Shown one piece after another: positions 36,532-49,072 of a stretch of 64,000 nt of DNA. The notes beneath the pieces are model-generated. The model was not told the origin of the DNA, ran no database searches, and was given only the letters and a program-made list of their open reading frames with translations. Made by a program: the position numbers and the translations under genes. Origin of the DNA: a virus; IMG/VR virus record IMGVR_UViG_3300031521_000021, positions 52,624 to 116,623 of that record, one strand, 5' to 3'. Every line of letters begins with the position of its first letter. The first letter of the stretch is position 1.

Positions 36532-37344
36532 ATGGATAATAGGATCAAAAGAAAAATGTTTTACGAAGTTCTTCCACAAACATCAACAAACAAAACAAAT
36601 TGGGAAAAAGCTATAGGTTATAATGTACACTTTATTTTTCATGAATTTGAAGGTGATGTTAAAATTATTGATTGTATACAAAATCAACAAGTGATTATTT
36701 TTGAATATGAGGGTAATGATTATGATTTGAATTATTATAGTTTTATGAATTGCACTCTTAGTAAAATATTTGGATATGAATATAGAGATGGTAAAAGTGA
36801 AAGACAATTAAGAGAAAAGAAAAAAAGAAAACAATCACTACAAATAAAAATAGGAGATATATTAAAAGATGATACTAGAGATATTAAAATTATAGATGAA
36901 TGTTTAAAAACAAGAAAAAATGGAATAAAAGAAAATTTTCAATATTATAAATTTCATTGCAATATTTGTGAATATGAAGATTGGAGAGTAAAGATATCTT
37001 TAATAAATAATAAATGCAAATGCCCAAACTGTAAAAAGGTTTTATCAAAAGAAAACAGAAAGTTAAATATAGAAAAATATAAAAACAAAAAAAAGATATT
37101 TCTTGAAAATTTGCCTAGATTGGAACAAGGTACACATAAAGGGAAAATTAATTGGGAAAAATCTGTAGGATATATGGTGCATTTTATATACAACGAATTT
37201 GAAGGAGATATTAAGATATTGAAATATAAAGTAAAAGAACAAGAGTTAATTATTAGATATAATGATAAAGAGTTTGAAATAAAACTAAACAGCATGAGAA
37301 GTTGTGCAATAGGTAAAATCTTTGAAAACTTAAAGAAGGTATAA
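36532..37344 (+). CDS. Zn-ribbon protein with duplicated NWEK-GY-VHF domain (homing-endonuclease-associated type)
   Basis: NWEKAIGYNVHFIF / NWEKSVGYMVHFIY; CNIC...CPNC. Confidence 0.55.
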   Translation: MDNRIKRKMFYEVLPQTSTNKTNWEKAIGYNVHFIFHEFEGDVKIIDCIQNQQVIIFEYEGNDYDLNYYSFMNCTLSKIFGYEYRDGKSERQLREKKKRKQSLQIKIGDILKDDTRDIKIIDECLKTRKNGIKENFQYYKFHCNICEYEDWRVKISLINNKCKCPNCKKVLSKENRKLNIEKYKNKKKIFLENLPRLEQGTHKGKINWEKSVGYMVHFIYNEFEGDIKILKYKVKEQELIIRYNDKEFEIKLNSMRSCAIGKIFENLKKV

Positions 37345-37485
37345 AACCCTTCTTTTTCTGCATTATAAAGCATTAAGAAACCAAATAAAATTTGCAATTT
37401 ATGGGAATATTTTATTGCATGTTAATCGAAAATGTATAAACCTTAAATAATAGATAATACTATTACTGTGAGGTGAAAATATATT

Positions 37486-38100
37486 ATGAAAGAAAAATGT
37501 AAGGCAGATAATTGTAATAAAGAACGATATGGTTTAAAGGAATATTGTAGAAAGCACTATTTGCAAATAAAGAATCATGGCAGACTAACTCCTGAATTAG
37601 AAGTAAACCCCATTATTAAAGATAGTAGATGTTCTATTGATGGTTGTGATAAAAATGTTTACTCTAAAACCCTTTGTAAATATCATTATAATAAACAAAG
37701 ATTTAAAAATCTAGAATTAAAGAATGAATTAGGGAATGACAATATTTCTATCTGTAAAGTAGAAGGGTGCAATGATATAATTTTAGCTAAAGAATATTGC
37801 ATAAGACATTATCATCAGTATTTAAACCATGGGAAGATAACACTTATTGAAAGAAGAATAAAATATCCAACAATTTGTAAAGTAAGTAGTTGCAATGAAA
37901 AATCTTATGGTAATGGTTACTGTAGAAGTCATTATAATAAATGGTATAATCATGGAGATACTTTGTATTCTAATGATGTTAAAATAAAACATTGTAATAT
38001 TAACGAATGTGACAGAAAATATTATGCTAAAGGATATTGTAGGAAACATTATTTAGAATTTATAATGAAGCCAAAAGAAATTAAGTTGAAAGAAAATTAA
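37486..38100 (+). CDS. Protein with five tandem Cys/His Zn-binding repeats
   Basis: Cx4C...[YL]Cx2HY repeated five times. Confidence 0.7.
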   Translation: MKEKCKADNCNKERYGLKEYCRKHYLQIKNHGRLTPELEVNPIIKDSRCSIDGCDKNVYSKTLCKYHYNKQRFKNLELKNELGNDNISICKVEGCNDIILAKEYCIRHYHQYLNHGKITLIERRIKYPTICKVSSCNEKSYGNGYCRSHYNKWYNHGDTLYSNDVKIKHCNINECDRKYYAKGYCRKHYLEFIMKPKEIKLKEN

Positions 38101-41100
38101 TTAAGCAAGGAAGTAAAATAATACTTCCTTATTTTTATAAAATATTTAAATAAATTAATAGAATTACTATTGCATTGATTGGCAGTTTATGCTAATATTA
38201 GTTTAGACAAACAAATTAATATAAGAATGAAAGGAAAGTGTTAAAAATGAAAACTATTTATTTAATTAAAGAATTATGTCCTATGTGGAATGATGGAACT
38301 GGTGTTGATTATAAGGTAATTAAACCATATGTTTTTGTAAAACAAGAAGAAGCCGAAGAATGTAGATGGGATTATGAATACATATCTGCTGATAGAGTCT
38401 TATGTACTGAATATGAATTAATTAGTTTAGAAGTAGATGATGAAAATGAATTAAAAGAAATTATTGTTGAAGGTGAATTAATTAAAATTTGGCAAATTAT
38501 TAATGGAGATTACGAGAAAGAATTTAGATATGATATTCATTCATGGGAACAATTAGATTCAGCAGGAAGATTGAATTTTGAAAGTGATAATTCCGAAGAT
38601 GAAGCTATTAGTAGATTAGAAGAATTAGATTATTTATATAGTGGAAGTGAATTTTATTAAAAGTGATGTATTAAATGAAGTTAGGAGGATTAAAATAATG
38701 GATAATGCAATGAAATCAATTATAGATAGAAGAACAGGTCACGCAGATATTTGGGAATGTAGCTTAGAAGAATTTGTTAAAAAGGTATTGCAGGAATGTA
38801 ATAAACAACAAAAAGAAAATAATATAACTTATAAGATAATGAAACTATGTGCAAGTTTTTTAAGAATGAAATTCAATGGAAAAGAATTAAAAGGAACGAT
38901 AGAATATGAAGTTGCAAAAGCAATTGAAGAGTCAATGATATATTATACAAATGTATTAGGTGAAGATGACTAATTATTAGAAAGGAAGGTTGAATTTTTA
39001 TGTTAACACAAGAACAATTTAATAAAACAGAATTAGAACATGGTTGTGGATATTGGAATTTATGTTGGGAACATTCGTGTCCTTGTGCAATAACAACAGA
39101 AAGTGAAGCTATCTATAACAGTTTTATTGAAGAAAATAAAAGAATAGCAGAAGGATATGACACTTTTGATTATGATGATATGATACATTATGAAAGATGC
39201 AGAGAATGTGGCAATTTACAAGAAGAAAATAATTTAATAGACGGGTTATGCTATTCTTGTTATGATGATTTAAGAGAAGAATTAAATGAAATTGATGAAG
39301 ATAATTAATTGTAAAATATTGTTAAAAGACGTGTTTTAACTGAAAATTATTATCAATTAGAAAGGAGAAAGTTAAATGAAAGAGTATGATAATTATTATA
39401 AGACAAAATCTAAAATGTTGTTAAATGTACACAAAGCAGTAATTAGGAGTTTGATTAATCATGGAGTATTAGAACAAGATGATAATATAAATAATGCTTT
39501 AAAAATTCTTGATGATGAAATAGAATTGAAAAAGAATGAAAATATTGATAAATTCAAACTAGAATATGATTGTATTTTAAGCAAGGAGGAAAATTAATGG
39601 ATTTTAAAAAATTAAGAGAATTCACAGATACACATAATGCTGAAATATTAAAAATGTCTAACTTATATAATGTAGATGAAAAATATTTAAAAAGATTGTG
39701 TCAAGAAATAGGATTTCAAACTAAATATACTTATTCAGATGCTATTATTTTAGTTAATGATGACTTAGGAAATGGATTGAATATTAATCAAATAATTATT
39801 AAATATGGGTTAGATAAAGAATTAATTTAAGGAGCGAAGTTTAATGGAATGTATTAATTGTCCTAAATATAAAGAATGGAGTTCTGATTCAGATATAGGA
39901 AATGAATGTTATTTATTAGGATTTTCTAATTTTAAAAAGTGGGAAAATTGTATATACATAAATGATGATGGAACTATAAACCAAGAAGAATTAGATAAAT
40001 GTCCATATTAATAAAACAAATTAACAGAAATAAATATAGACAAGCTAAAAGAAAAGTTGTAAGATATGATTAAGGAGGTAAAATTTATGAAGTTTACATA
40101 CGAAATGAATGAACAAGAGAAAAAGGAATATATAGAAAAGAAAGGTAAGCAAAGAGCATATAATAAAATGAATGACAAATTAAAATACATAATGAAGGAG
40201 AAGATGGGCTATGAGAGAGTATAGTTTACAAGAAGTTTTTAATGAAGAAGAAGGAACAGAATTTAAGGTAAAATATGAAAAGGGGAGTTGTAATAGAGCA
40301 ACAGTTAAATTGGTAGAAAAAGAAAAGGAATTTTTAAATAATCATACAAAATTAGTATGGAATAATGGTCAAGATATTCAAATGAAAGAAGAATTTGTAA
40401 CAGCTAAATTTATAAAAGTTCAAGAACCAGTATCTTTTAATGATGTAATTAATTCAAATAAGAAATGCAGTGTTGAATTTAATGATTATCAACCAAATCA
40501 TTATGAAACTCTTAGAGATATTATATTAATCTTAATTGACAGTTATGGAGAAACAGGATTGAAAAAAGCTATTAGAGAAGGAAAATGGTATTTAGAAAAA
40601 GAGTAATTGATAACAACTCTCAATAAATTACTGATTTTAACTGAAACTTAGCTTTGAAAATCGAAGCATAAGTGAGTATTTGGAAGTATGAGAGAGTTTA
40701 AATTTATAAAAAAGGAGAATGGATTGTAATGGGAAGATGTAATGTAGAACATAATGGTAAGTGGGCTTCTTTTTCATCTGTAATAGATGCTTTTATAACA
40801 GAGTTTATGGACAAGTCAAAATATGAGGAATGGAGAAAATTAGAATATGGTAAAAATCTTAGACCAATAGAATTTAATGTAAAAACAATAAATGATGTTG
40901 CATTCTCAATACGTTTAAATAGAACACATGATGATGCTATGGAATGTTTAGCTGAAAGTGGTTTGTCAAAGAAAGAATGTGAGCAATTAATGTATGACAT
41001 AGAAACGGAATATTATGTTCCTATTGTAAAAGCTGGTGAAAAATTTGAATGTCCAAATTGTCATAAAGAAATAGAAAAAGGACAGATTGAATGTAAAGAT

Positions 41101-41519
41101 GATAGTTGCTGTTTGGAATTTGTTTGGAGAGATTAAAATAAATTAATAGAAAGAAGGTAAAAGAAATGATAAAGAAACTGTTATTGAAGTACAAGTTATA
41201 TAGGAATAGTTATAAATGGTTTAAAGTAGATAAAAAAATAATTAATGAATATAGGAATACAACCAATAAGAATCGAGAATTAGATAATTTTTCTATACAT
41301 ATGAAACTTGTAAGATCTGTTCATTCTGGTCATATAACATCAATTAGAAATAATATAATGATTGTATTTTATGGATATTTAATGTTAGAGATAGATTTGA
41401 ATAAAAATAAGATTACAAATATAAATAACAATAAAGTAAACAAAAATGGTCATATAGATTTTAAGGTAAAAAAAGATATTACTAAAATATACAAGAGCGT
41501 ATATGGAGGTGAAATTTAA

Positions 41520-42137
41520 ATGGCTAGGATATTAACTATTACAGGTGCTAGTTCTTCGGGTAAAGATGCAATTTTTAGTAGACTATTAAATAAAACTAAT
41601 ATATATCCCATTATATCTACGACTAATAGACCTATGAGACAAGGAGAAGAACAAGGAGTTCAATATAATTTTGTAAATAATAATGAAATAGAATATATGT
41701 TAGATAATAATGAATTTATTGAATCAAGAGAATACAAGGTTGCAAGTGGACAAACTTGGTATTATGGAATTACTAAAAACGCAATAGACTTAAATAGTAG
41801 AAAAATATATGTAGTTATAGTGGATTTACAAGGTTTAAAACAATTAGAAAAATATATAGAAGAGCAAGGTCTAAAAAAAGATAAAACTATATTTTCTATA
41901 TATATAAAAACTTCAGCACAAGAAAGATTAAAAAGGTCTTTAAATAGAGAAGGAAATCTAACAGATGGGCAATGTAATGAAATAGCTAGAAGATACTTAG
42001 ATGATAATATTAATGTGATTTCAGCAGAGAGTTATTGTAAAGAAATATTTTACAATGAAAAACTAGAAGACTTAGATTATAGTGATAGATGGATCAAAAC
42101 AGAAATAAATAGATGGATTAAAGATACGGAGGAATAA
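41520..42137 (+). CDS. gmk: Guanylate kinase-like protein
   Basis: GASSSGKD P-loop, TTNRPMRQGEEQGVQYNFV, WYYG. Confidence 0.88.
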   Translation: MARILTITGASSSGKDAIFSRLLNKTNIYPIISTTNRPMRQGEEQGVQYNFVNNNEIEYMLDNNEFIESREYKVASGQTWYYGITKNAIDLNSRKIYVVIVDLQGLKQLEKYIEEQGLKKDKTIFSIYIKTSAQERLKRSLNREGNLTDGQCNEIARRYLDDNINVISAESYCKEIFYNEKLEDLDYSDRWIKTEINRWIKDTEE

Positions 42138-43385
42138 GAAGTGGAATTTACAATTTACCAAATGATTAGTTTTCTAAATAAAATAGAAAATAAGAACAGA
42201 AAATTTAAAAGGGTTGGAGATGATAAATTTATAGTCTTTAGAGGCGGATATAATGATTTATTAATTCAAGTAGGTGAAATAATCAGGGTATTTCCTATAT
42301 TTAACTACACACAAGATAAATGGACATTAGAGGAAGAATAATGCAAGCAATAATATTTTCTGTAGGAGTTCCAGTAATTTTATTTTTGATAGTACATTTT
42401 ACAGAAAGACATAAATAAATTAAGATAACAATATAAATATGAAGGAGAATGATTGATATGAATAAAGAATTAAGAGATGGATTAAAAAGAAATATAGTAG
42501 TAGGGTTACAAAGTTTTAAGTCTATTAATGAGGTATTAGAGGCTGATTATGAAAGGTATAAAACAAAAGGTCAAGGATTTGGAACATCAGTATATAGAGG
42601 GAAAATAATATTATTAGATATTGAAAATGAACTAGATAAAGACTATGTTGATGATGAAAATGAAAGTCTATATGGTAATGTTTTAAAACAAATAATAGCG
42701 ATAAATGAAATGTTGGATGGTGAGTAATTATGGCAAGAGAGATTAAAGAGATTGAATTCACTAATATTGGGGACTATAATACATGGATTGGAAATCAGTA
42801 TAATTTCAATGATGCGTTTAGAATGATAAAACTTGATATTAAAGATGATGGAACTGTAAACGCACAATACATAGAACTATATTAAAGGTGATTATATGAA
42901 AGTAATAGCATATGTAGGATTAGAGAGTACTACACCATTTGAAGTTGAAGTTACTGAAGAAGATATTAAGCAAGGTTATGGTTTTGTTCCTTGCTTTGAA
43001 TGTGAAGGTATAGGAATATGGGATTATTATCTTGAAGATTATTTTGATTATGAAAAAGAAATTCCAACAGGAAAAGAATTTCAATGTATAAATTGTAAAG
43101 GTACTGGGAAAGTATTAATAAATTGTTAGAGGAGAGATTTGAAATGAATAATTATGAAAAATTAGAAAGAATATATAAATTAATATTAAGTTACAAAGAT
43201 GAATATGAAGATAAAATATCGCTGGAGACATTAAAAGTATCAAATGATATAAGAGAAATTAAAACTGTAGATGATTTATTAGAGGATTTAGAAAATAATA
43301 AACCTGACTAAAAGCACTTAAAAAGTTAATTTAATTGGGTTTTAAATAAATTATATAAATAAAAAAGGAGCGTATAAATTAAAAT

Positions 43386-43949
43386 ATGGGGAAAATTTTT
43401 ACTAAAAATGAATATATAGAATATGATACCTATACAATATTAAAAATTGTAAGTGTTAAGCATGGAACTTTTGAAATATTATTAGATGATGAAGATGTAG
43501 AAAAAGTAAAACAATTACATTGGAATATTAATAAATTTAATCATGCTATGAAAAGAAATTATTTTTATGTAGTAAATAGGGATGGATTATTATTACATAG
43601 ATACATAATGAATGCACCAAAAGGATTGGTTGTTGACCATATAAATGGAGATAAACTAGATAATAGAAAACAAAATTTACAAATCTGTACAGTCAAAAAA
43701 AACTCACGTAAATCTCAATTCAGACTAACCAATAAAAGTGGTCATTCAGGAGTCTTTTGGTATTATTACAACAATGTAAACAAATGGGTAGCTCAAATAA
43801 TAGTAGATTATAAAACCATTCATCTAGGATACTATGATGACATAAAAGATGCCATTAAAGCAAGAGAAAAAGCTGAGATTAAGTATTTTGGAGACTTTAA
43901 ACCAATAAGTAATTGTCCAGAGAATGCAGGAAATGCTATAAATACATAA
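43386..43949 (+). CDS. HNH homing endonuclease with AP2 domain
   Basis: LHRYIM...VDHINGDKLDNRKQNL; SGHSGV...HLGYY...AIKAR. Confidence 0.9.
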   Translation: MGKIFTKNEYIEYDTYTILKIVSVKHGTFEILLDDEDVEKVKQLHWNINKFNHAMKRNYFYVVNRDGLLLHRYIMNAPKGLVVDHINGDKLDNRKQNLQICTVKKNSRKSQFRLTNKSGHSGVFWYYYNNVNKWVAQIIVDYKTIHLGYYDDIKDAIKAREKAEIKYFGDFKPISNCPENAGNAINT

Positions 43950-44016
43950 AAAACAAATTACCATCAAAGGTTGAATTTAAGGTGAGTTAATAAATTAATG
44001 TAAAAAAAGAAAGAAG

Positions 44017-44658
44017 GTGAATTATATTAAGTATTTAGATGAACTTATAATTGATAATAATAAATTTGGTGTAAAGGGAAGAATGTTACATAATAAACTA
44101 CAAATAAAAACAGAATATGCCAAATGGATAAAAAGAAAAATTGAAAAATATAAATTCATTGAAAATAAAGACTTTACCACATTTTATAATTTTGTAAATC
44201 GTGAAAACAGCAACTTAAAAAGTAAAACTACAGAATATAATATAACTTTAGAAATGGCAAAACAATTATGTATAAAAGAACAAAGTAATTGTATTGCTCC
44301 ATTAATTTTAAAAGAATTGTTAGAATTAAATAATGATAACTTATATATTATAGAATTAAAACGTCCAGAGTTGGTGTTTATTGACAAGCTAGAACATTCA
44401 TTAAAACCATTTAATATAAAAGGGATGAAACAATTTACAATTTTGTCATATAGAATAGATTATTACATAAAAGATTTAAATATAGCAATTGAATATGATG
44501 AGAATGAGCATAAAAATTATACATATGAACAACAAGAATTAAGACAAGCTGAAATTGAAAAAGAGTTAGGATGCAGATTTATTAGAGTTAGTGATAAAAA
44601 TTCAGACGAATATAATATTGGATTGATAATTAAAGAATTATTTCAAATAGCTTGTTAA
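44017..44658 (+). CDS. AntA/AntB antirepressor domain fused to DUF559/Vsr-like endonuclease
   Basis: GRMLH..L.IKT.Y.KW.KR.I..Y.F.ENKDF...TLEMAKQL; YRIDYY...IAIEYDE.EH. Confidence 0.8.
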   Translation: MNYIKYLDELIIDNNKFGVKGRMLHNKLQIKTEYAKWIKRKIEKYKFIENKDFTTFYNFVNRENSNLKSKTTEYNITLEMAKQLCIKEQSNCIAPLILKELLELNNDNLYIIELKRPELVFIDKLEHSLKPFNIKGMKQFTILSYRIDYYIKDLNIAIEYDENEHKNYTYEQQELRQAEIEKELGCRFIRVSDKNSDEYNIGLIIKELFQIAC

Positions 44659-45419
44659 ATACATAATAAATTAACAAAAAAATATTCATTTAAAATATGG
44701 ATTTTACTGGTAGTTAATAAATTAAAAAGAAAGAAGGAGAGAATAAAATGGAATTAAGATTATTTAAAAAAGATAAAGAAGAGTATACAAGAATTAAATT
44801 ATCAAATAAATCAGAAAGACCAGCAATAGTTGAAATAGCTTGTATGTTAGGAGAACCAATAAAAACAAGTAAAACATATACTTACTTTGAAACTAAAGGT
44901 GATATTTCAGCTACAAGTAAATTATTAGGATTGAGATAGGAGGTATAGTTATGCATAACTGTTTATTATGTGGACATTGTAGTAATGATAGTGATGATGA
45001 ATATGGATTATCTAGTTGTTATATTTATTATAAAAGAGAACTAGATAATGATACTAGATTTCCTTATAGAAATACTAGATGTAAGTATTACAAAAATGAT
45101 ACTGATTTAACTAGTTTAACAGTCAAAGGCATAGGTAAAGAATTATTTGATTCAATAGATTGGAAAATAAGTGATTATTAAAAACACGATAGATATGTTA
45201 GTTTAACAGGTTTTGAAAGGAGGATTTAAAAATGTATGATATTCAAATAAATAATTATATTAGTGTTACTGATATAAATGGCAACGAAGTTTTACATATA
45301 GAATTAGATGAAGATATGCAATCAATATCTGAAAAGCTAGAAGATTTTATTGGAGAGGTTAATAATCATAATTTTTAGATAAATTAAATGTTTGATTGGA
45401 AGTTGAAAGGAGATATATT

Positions 45420-45644
45420 ATGTTAGTAGTAAAAGTATATTCAAATGATGAGCCTTATGGATATTTAGATAAAGAAAAATGGGACATAACAGAAAAGATG
45501 AGCAATGCTAGGATATTTTCAGATAATGAAATAGATGATGCTAAATATACAGCAGAGAGATTTGCCGATTGTTTCGATAGTGATGAAGAATATTGGACTA
45601 CATGTAAAGTGGCTAGATGGGAAGTAAAAGAAACATTACTTTAA
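45420..45644 (+). CDS. Hypothetical protein, paralog of 4379..4603
   Basis: Near-identical protein; 59-bp identical DNA block. Confidence 0.75.
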   Translation: MLVVKVYSNDEPYGYLDKEKWDITEKMSNARIFSDNEIDDAKYTAERFADCFDSDEEYWTTCKVARWEVKETLL

Positions 45645-46551
45645 AATTCTAATTTTAGATAGTAAATAAATTAATGTAAAGAAAGGAGATATATAAATGA
45701 CTAATTATGAGAAAATTAAGAGTCTATCCATTCAAGAATTAGCCGAGGAACTTAAATTAATAGCCAACTGGAATAGAAAAGAAGTAAAGAAAACTAATAA
45801 GATTGATAATTTTTATGTAGATTATTTAAATTCTGAAAGTAAAAACTAAATAGCCCTAACATCAAAGTTTCTAGCAGAGAATAAATTTGTTAGAAACTTT
45901 TTATATATTTTAAATAAATTAATAGAAATACTATTGACTTATTAGGTTGGAAGATTTATACTAATATTAACAGTTAAGAGTGACAGATACATAAAAAATA
46001 GGATATAATTAAATAATGAAATGGAGTGGAATTAATGGATAGAAAATTAGATTTAAAGGTAGGTCAAGAAGTTGTAGTAAGAATTATAGTTGGTAGCAAT
46101 GCATCAAGACGAGAAAAAATGACATTGGATAATATAGATAATTGGTGTTTTGCTGGTGAAGTAACTAAAATTGGTAGAAAATATATTACTGCTAAATTCA
46201 ATAATTGGCAAGAATATCAGTTTGAAATTGAAAGTGATTATAGAAATAAATATACTTATGGTGGAGCTGATTATCAATTATATTTAAGTAAAGATGAGGT
46301 AGTTAAGGAAATGGAAGCAGAAGAGTTATTTAGTGAATTAAGAAATCATTTTGGAGGTTGGGGAAAAAACGCTAATAAGTTTAGTTTAAACCAATTGCAA
46401 AGAATTATAAGTATTGTTAATGAAAATAAAGAAAGCAAGTAAAAACTATATTTGATTGGAATTTCAATTAGTTCCAATCAAATGTTAATTAATAAATTAA
46501 AATAACTAAGAACTATAAAATAATAAATTAATAAAAGAAAGAAGGAATTAG

Positions 46552-47076
46552 ATGAGCTATATTGAAACAACAGAAGAATATGGTATAATAAATATTAACA
46601 GTCCCACGCATGGACATTTTAAAGTATTGATTAATTTAGAAGATGTAGTGAAGTGTGATGAAATAACATGGTGTATTTTAAAAAGTGTTAGTGGAAAAGA
46701 TAAAGAATACATAGAATATTATGCAACTAGTGCAAAAGTAGGGTTGTTACATAGGTTTATTATGGATGCGACCGAAAAGAGCCAAGTAGTAGACCATAAA
46801 AATGGAGATACGATGAATAACAGAAAATATAATTTAAGAAAATGTTCATCCAGTGAAAATTCTATGAATCAAAAGAAGAGAAAATCCAAAAGTGGGATAA
46901 GAGGTGTCATATGGCATGAAAACTCAAACTCATGGATGGCATATATGAAAATGAATAATAAATTTAAAAATTTAGGCTATTATCATGATGTAGAAGATGC
47001 TATCAAAGCACGTAAATTAGCAGAAGAAACATATTTTGGTGAATATATGAGACAAGATAATACATATAATTTATAA
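46552..47076 (+). CDS. HNH homing endonuclease with AP2 domain
   Basis: LHRFIM...VVDHKNGDTMNNRKYNLR; SGIRGV...NLGYY...AIKAR. Confidence 0.9.
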   Translation: MSYIETTEEYGIININSPTHGHFKVLINLEDVVKCDEITWCILKSVSGKDKEYIEYYATSAKVGLLHRFIMDATEKSQVVDHKNGDTMNNRKYNLRKCSSSENSMNQKKRKSKSGIRGVIWHENSNSWMAYMKMNNKFKNLGYYHDVEDAIKARKLAEETYFGEYMRQDNTYNL

Positions 47077-48592
47077 ATTCAAATAAACTCTATCTTTTAA
47101 TAAAACATGAAGGAGGTGCGTATAATGATATCAATAAATAATTATAGAAAATGTGGTATAGCAATTAATTTATTAAAAATACTAAACAATGAAGCACCAG
47201 ATGGGATTATTATGTGGGATACGTCTTTATCAGATGTTCAACATGTAATTTATGGAATATGTAATGTAAGAGCTGGATATGAAGGTTCTATTAATAATAG
47301 AGAAGGGCAACTTCATATAGTTGAAGTAAATAAACATAAAAAATCAGAAATTGAAACTAGAAAACATTTAGAAGATATAGTTAAAAAATTAGGTGATGAA
47401 TATTATGAACAAGTAAAAATATACGAATCTATATTTAAAGAGTAAATAAGTGAGGTGTTTAGTAACAATGATAAAGATATTAACTCATAAAGACGATTAT
47501 AAAAAATATAAAGATGCAGTAGAACAAATATATGATTGTCTTGAAGACTGGGATTATATTATAATACTAGACAAACAAGTAGATAATGATTATGCTTCAG
47601 AAAGAATAGCAGATAAACTTGAGGTAAGTGAAAATAAATATTATAAGACAAGTGATGGTGAGCAATTTATTGTAGTCTATCATTAAAGAAAGGAGAATAA
47701 TTATGAGTATTCGTAGAGAATTAAAAAAACTCAAAGATGGTTATTATATATGTCCTTATTGTGAAGGAAAAGTCGAGTGGTTTGGATATGATGACGAAGG
47801 TGGAGAATATCAATGTTCTAAGTGTCATGAAGTTTGGGGAGAAAATAGAAAAGTGATAAGAGACAAATAAATATTAAAGAAGCGGTGATTTTAAGATGAA
47901 AGGAAGATGTAAAATGAATATAAATATGAGCAATTATAACCTTGAATGTGGAAATTCAACAGGAGTATATTTAAATGATTATGAATTAAAAACAGGGGAT
48001 GAAGTAAAAGTATTTACATTTAATAGTAGTTATTTAGTTTGGACATATAGAAGTTTAGGAGTGGTAGAAAAGATAGAAGATGGTTTTGTAAGAATTGTTA
48101 CTAATAAAGAAACTACAAAATTATGTAATGATGATGTTTCAAAAAATGATAGAATTAAATTATCAAAAAAACAATATGATTATAAAAAAGGTGAAATGGT
48201 AGCAAAAGGAAAGATACATGATGGATTTATTGTAGAATAAAAATGAGAATAATAGAGGAGTGTTAATGAAATAATGAAAGCAGGAAATTTTGTAAAAGCA
48301 AAAGAATTAATCCAATTACAAGGATTTAATTTCTTTAATAGAGACTTTATTGCTAAAGATGAAGTTATAAAGATAGGAGGAGAAGTTCAAGCGAATCAAT
48401 TTCGTATAATTACGACTATAAATCATTATAATGACAATCCTATTATTATAGATAAATATACCTTGGAAAATAAATTTGAAATTTGTGATAAGCCGATTAT
48501 ATAAAAGAGCCATTTTATGGTAATATTATAAAATTAGAATGGCATGAATAGGGACTTTAGAGGGTGAAAAAAAGTTATAAGGAGTTGATATT

Positions 48593-49072
48593 ATGAGGAA
48601 CATATCTGAATTTAAAATAGAAATAGGAACTCATTATAAGGACAACAAAAGAGATATCGTCATCACAGATAAAGAATATAGAAAAGTATATAACAAAGAT
48701 GGTATATTTAAACAAAACCAAAAATGGTATAAATACAAATGCAACATCTGTACATGGGAAGAAGGTTGGATAGATGAAGCTAGTTTATTAAGTGGAATTG
48801 GGTGTTCTGTTTGTACAGGTAAAACTGTAGTAGAAGGAATAAATTCAATTGTAAATACTGATAAATGGTTAATTCCATATTTCCAAGGAGGATATGATGA
48901 GGCTAAGTTATATAGTGCTAAAAGTGGAAAGAAAATATTTCCTAAATGTCCGATATGTGGAATGGTAAAGCGTAAACAAATGTCTATTAAAACCATATAC
49001 TATCAAAAGTCTACTGGATGTAAATGCACTCCAAAACGTGATTATAAGAAATTTATAAATACCATCAAATGA
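48593..49072 (+). CDS. Zinc-ribbon protein (endonuclease-associated type, no nuclease domain seen)
   Basis: CNIC, GCSVC, CPICG motifs. Confidence 0.55.
   Translation: MRNISEFKIEIGTHYKDNKRDIVITDKEYRKVYNKDGIFKQNQKWYKYKCNICTWEEGWIDEASLLSGIGCSVCTGKTVVEGINSIVNTDKWLIPYFQGGYDEAKLYSAKSGKKIFPKCPICGMVKRKQMSIKTIYYQKSTGCKCTPKRDYKKFINTIK

Noticed and set aside
4535-45634. Diversity-generating retroelement TR/VR pair
   Set aside because: No reverse transcriptase in the window, both copies are intact ORFs, and the differences are not adenine-specific
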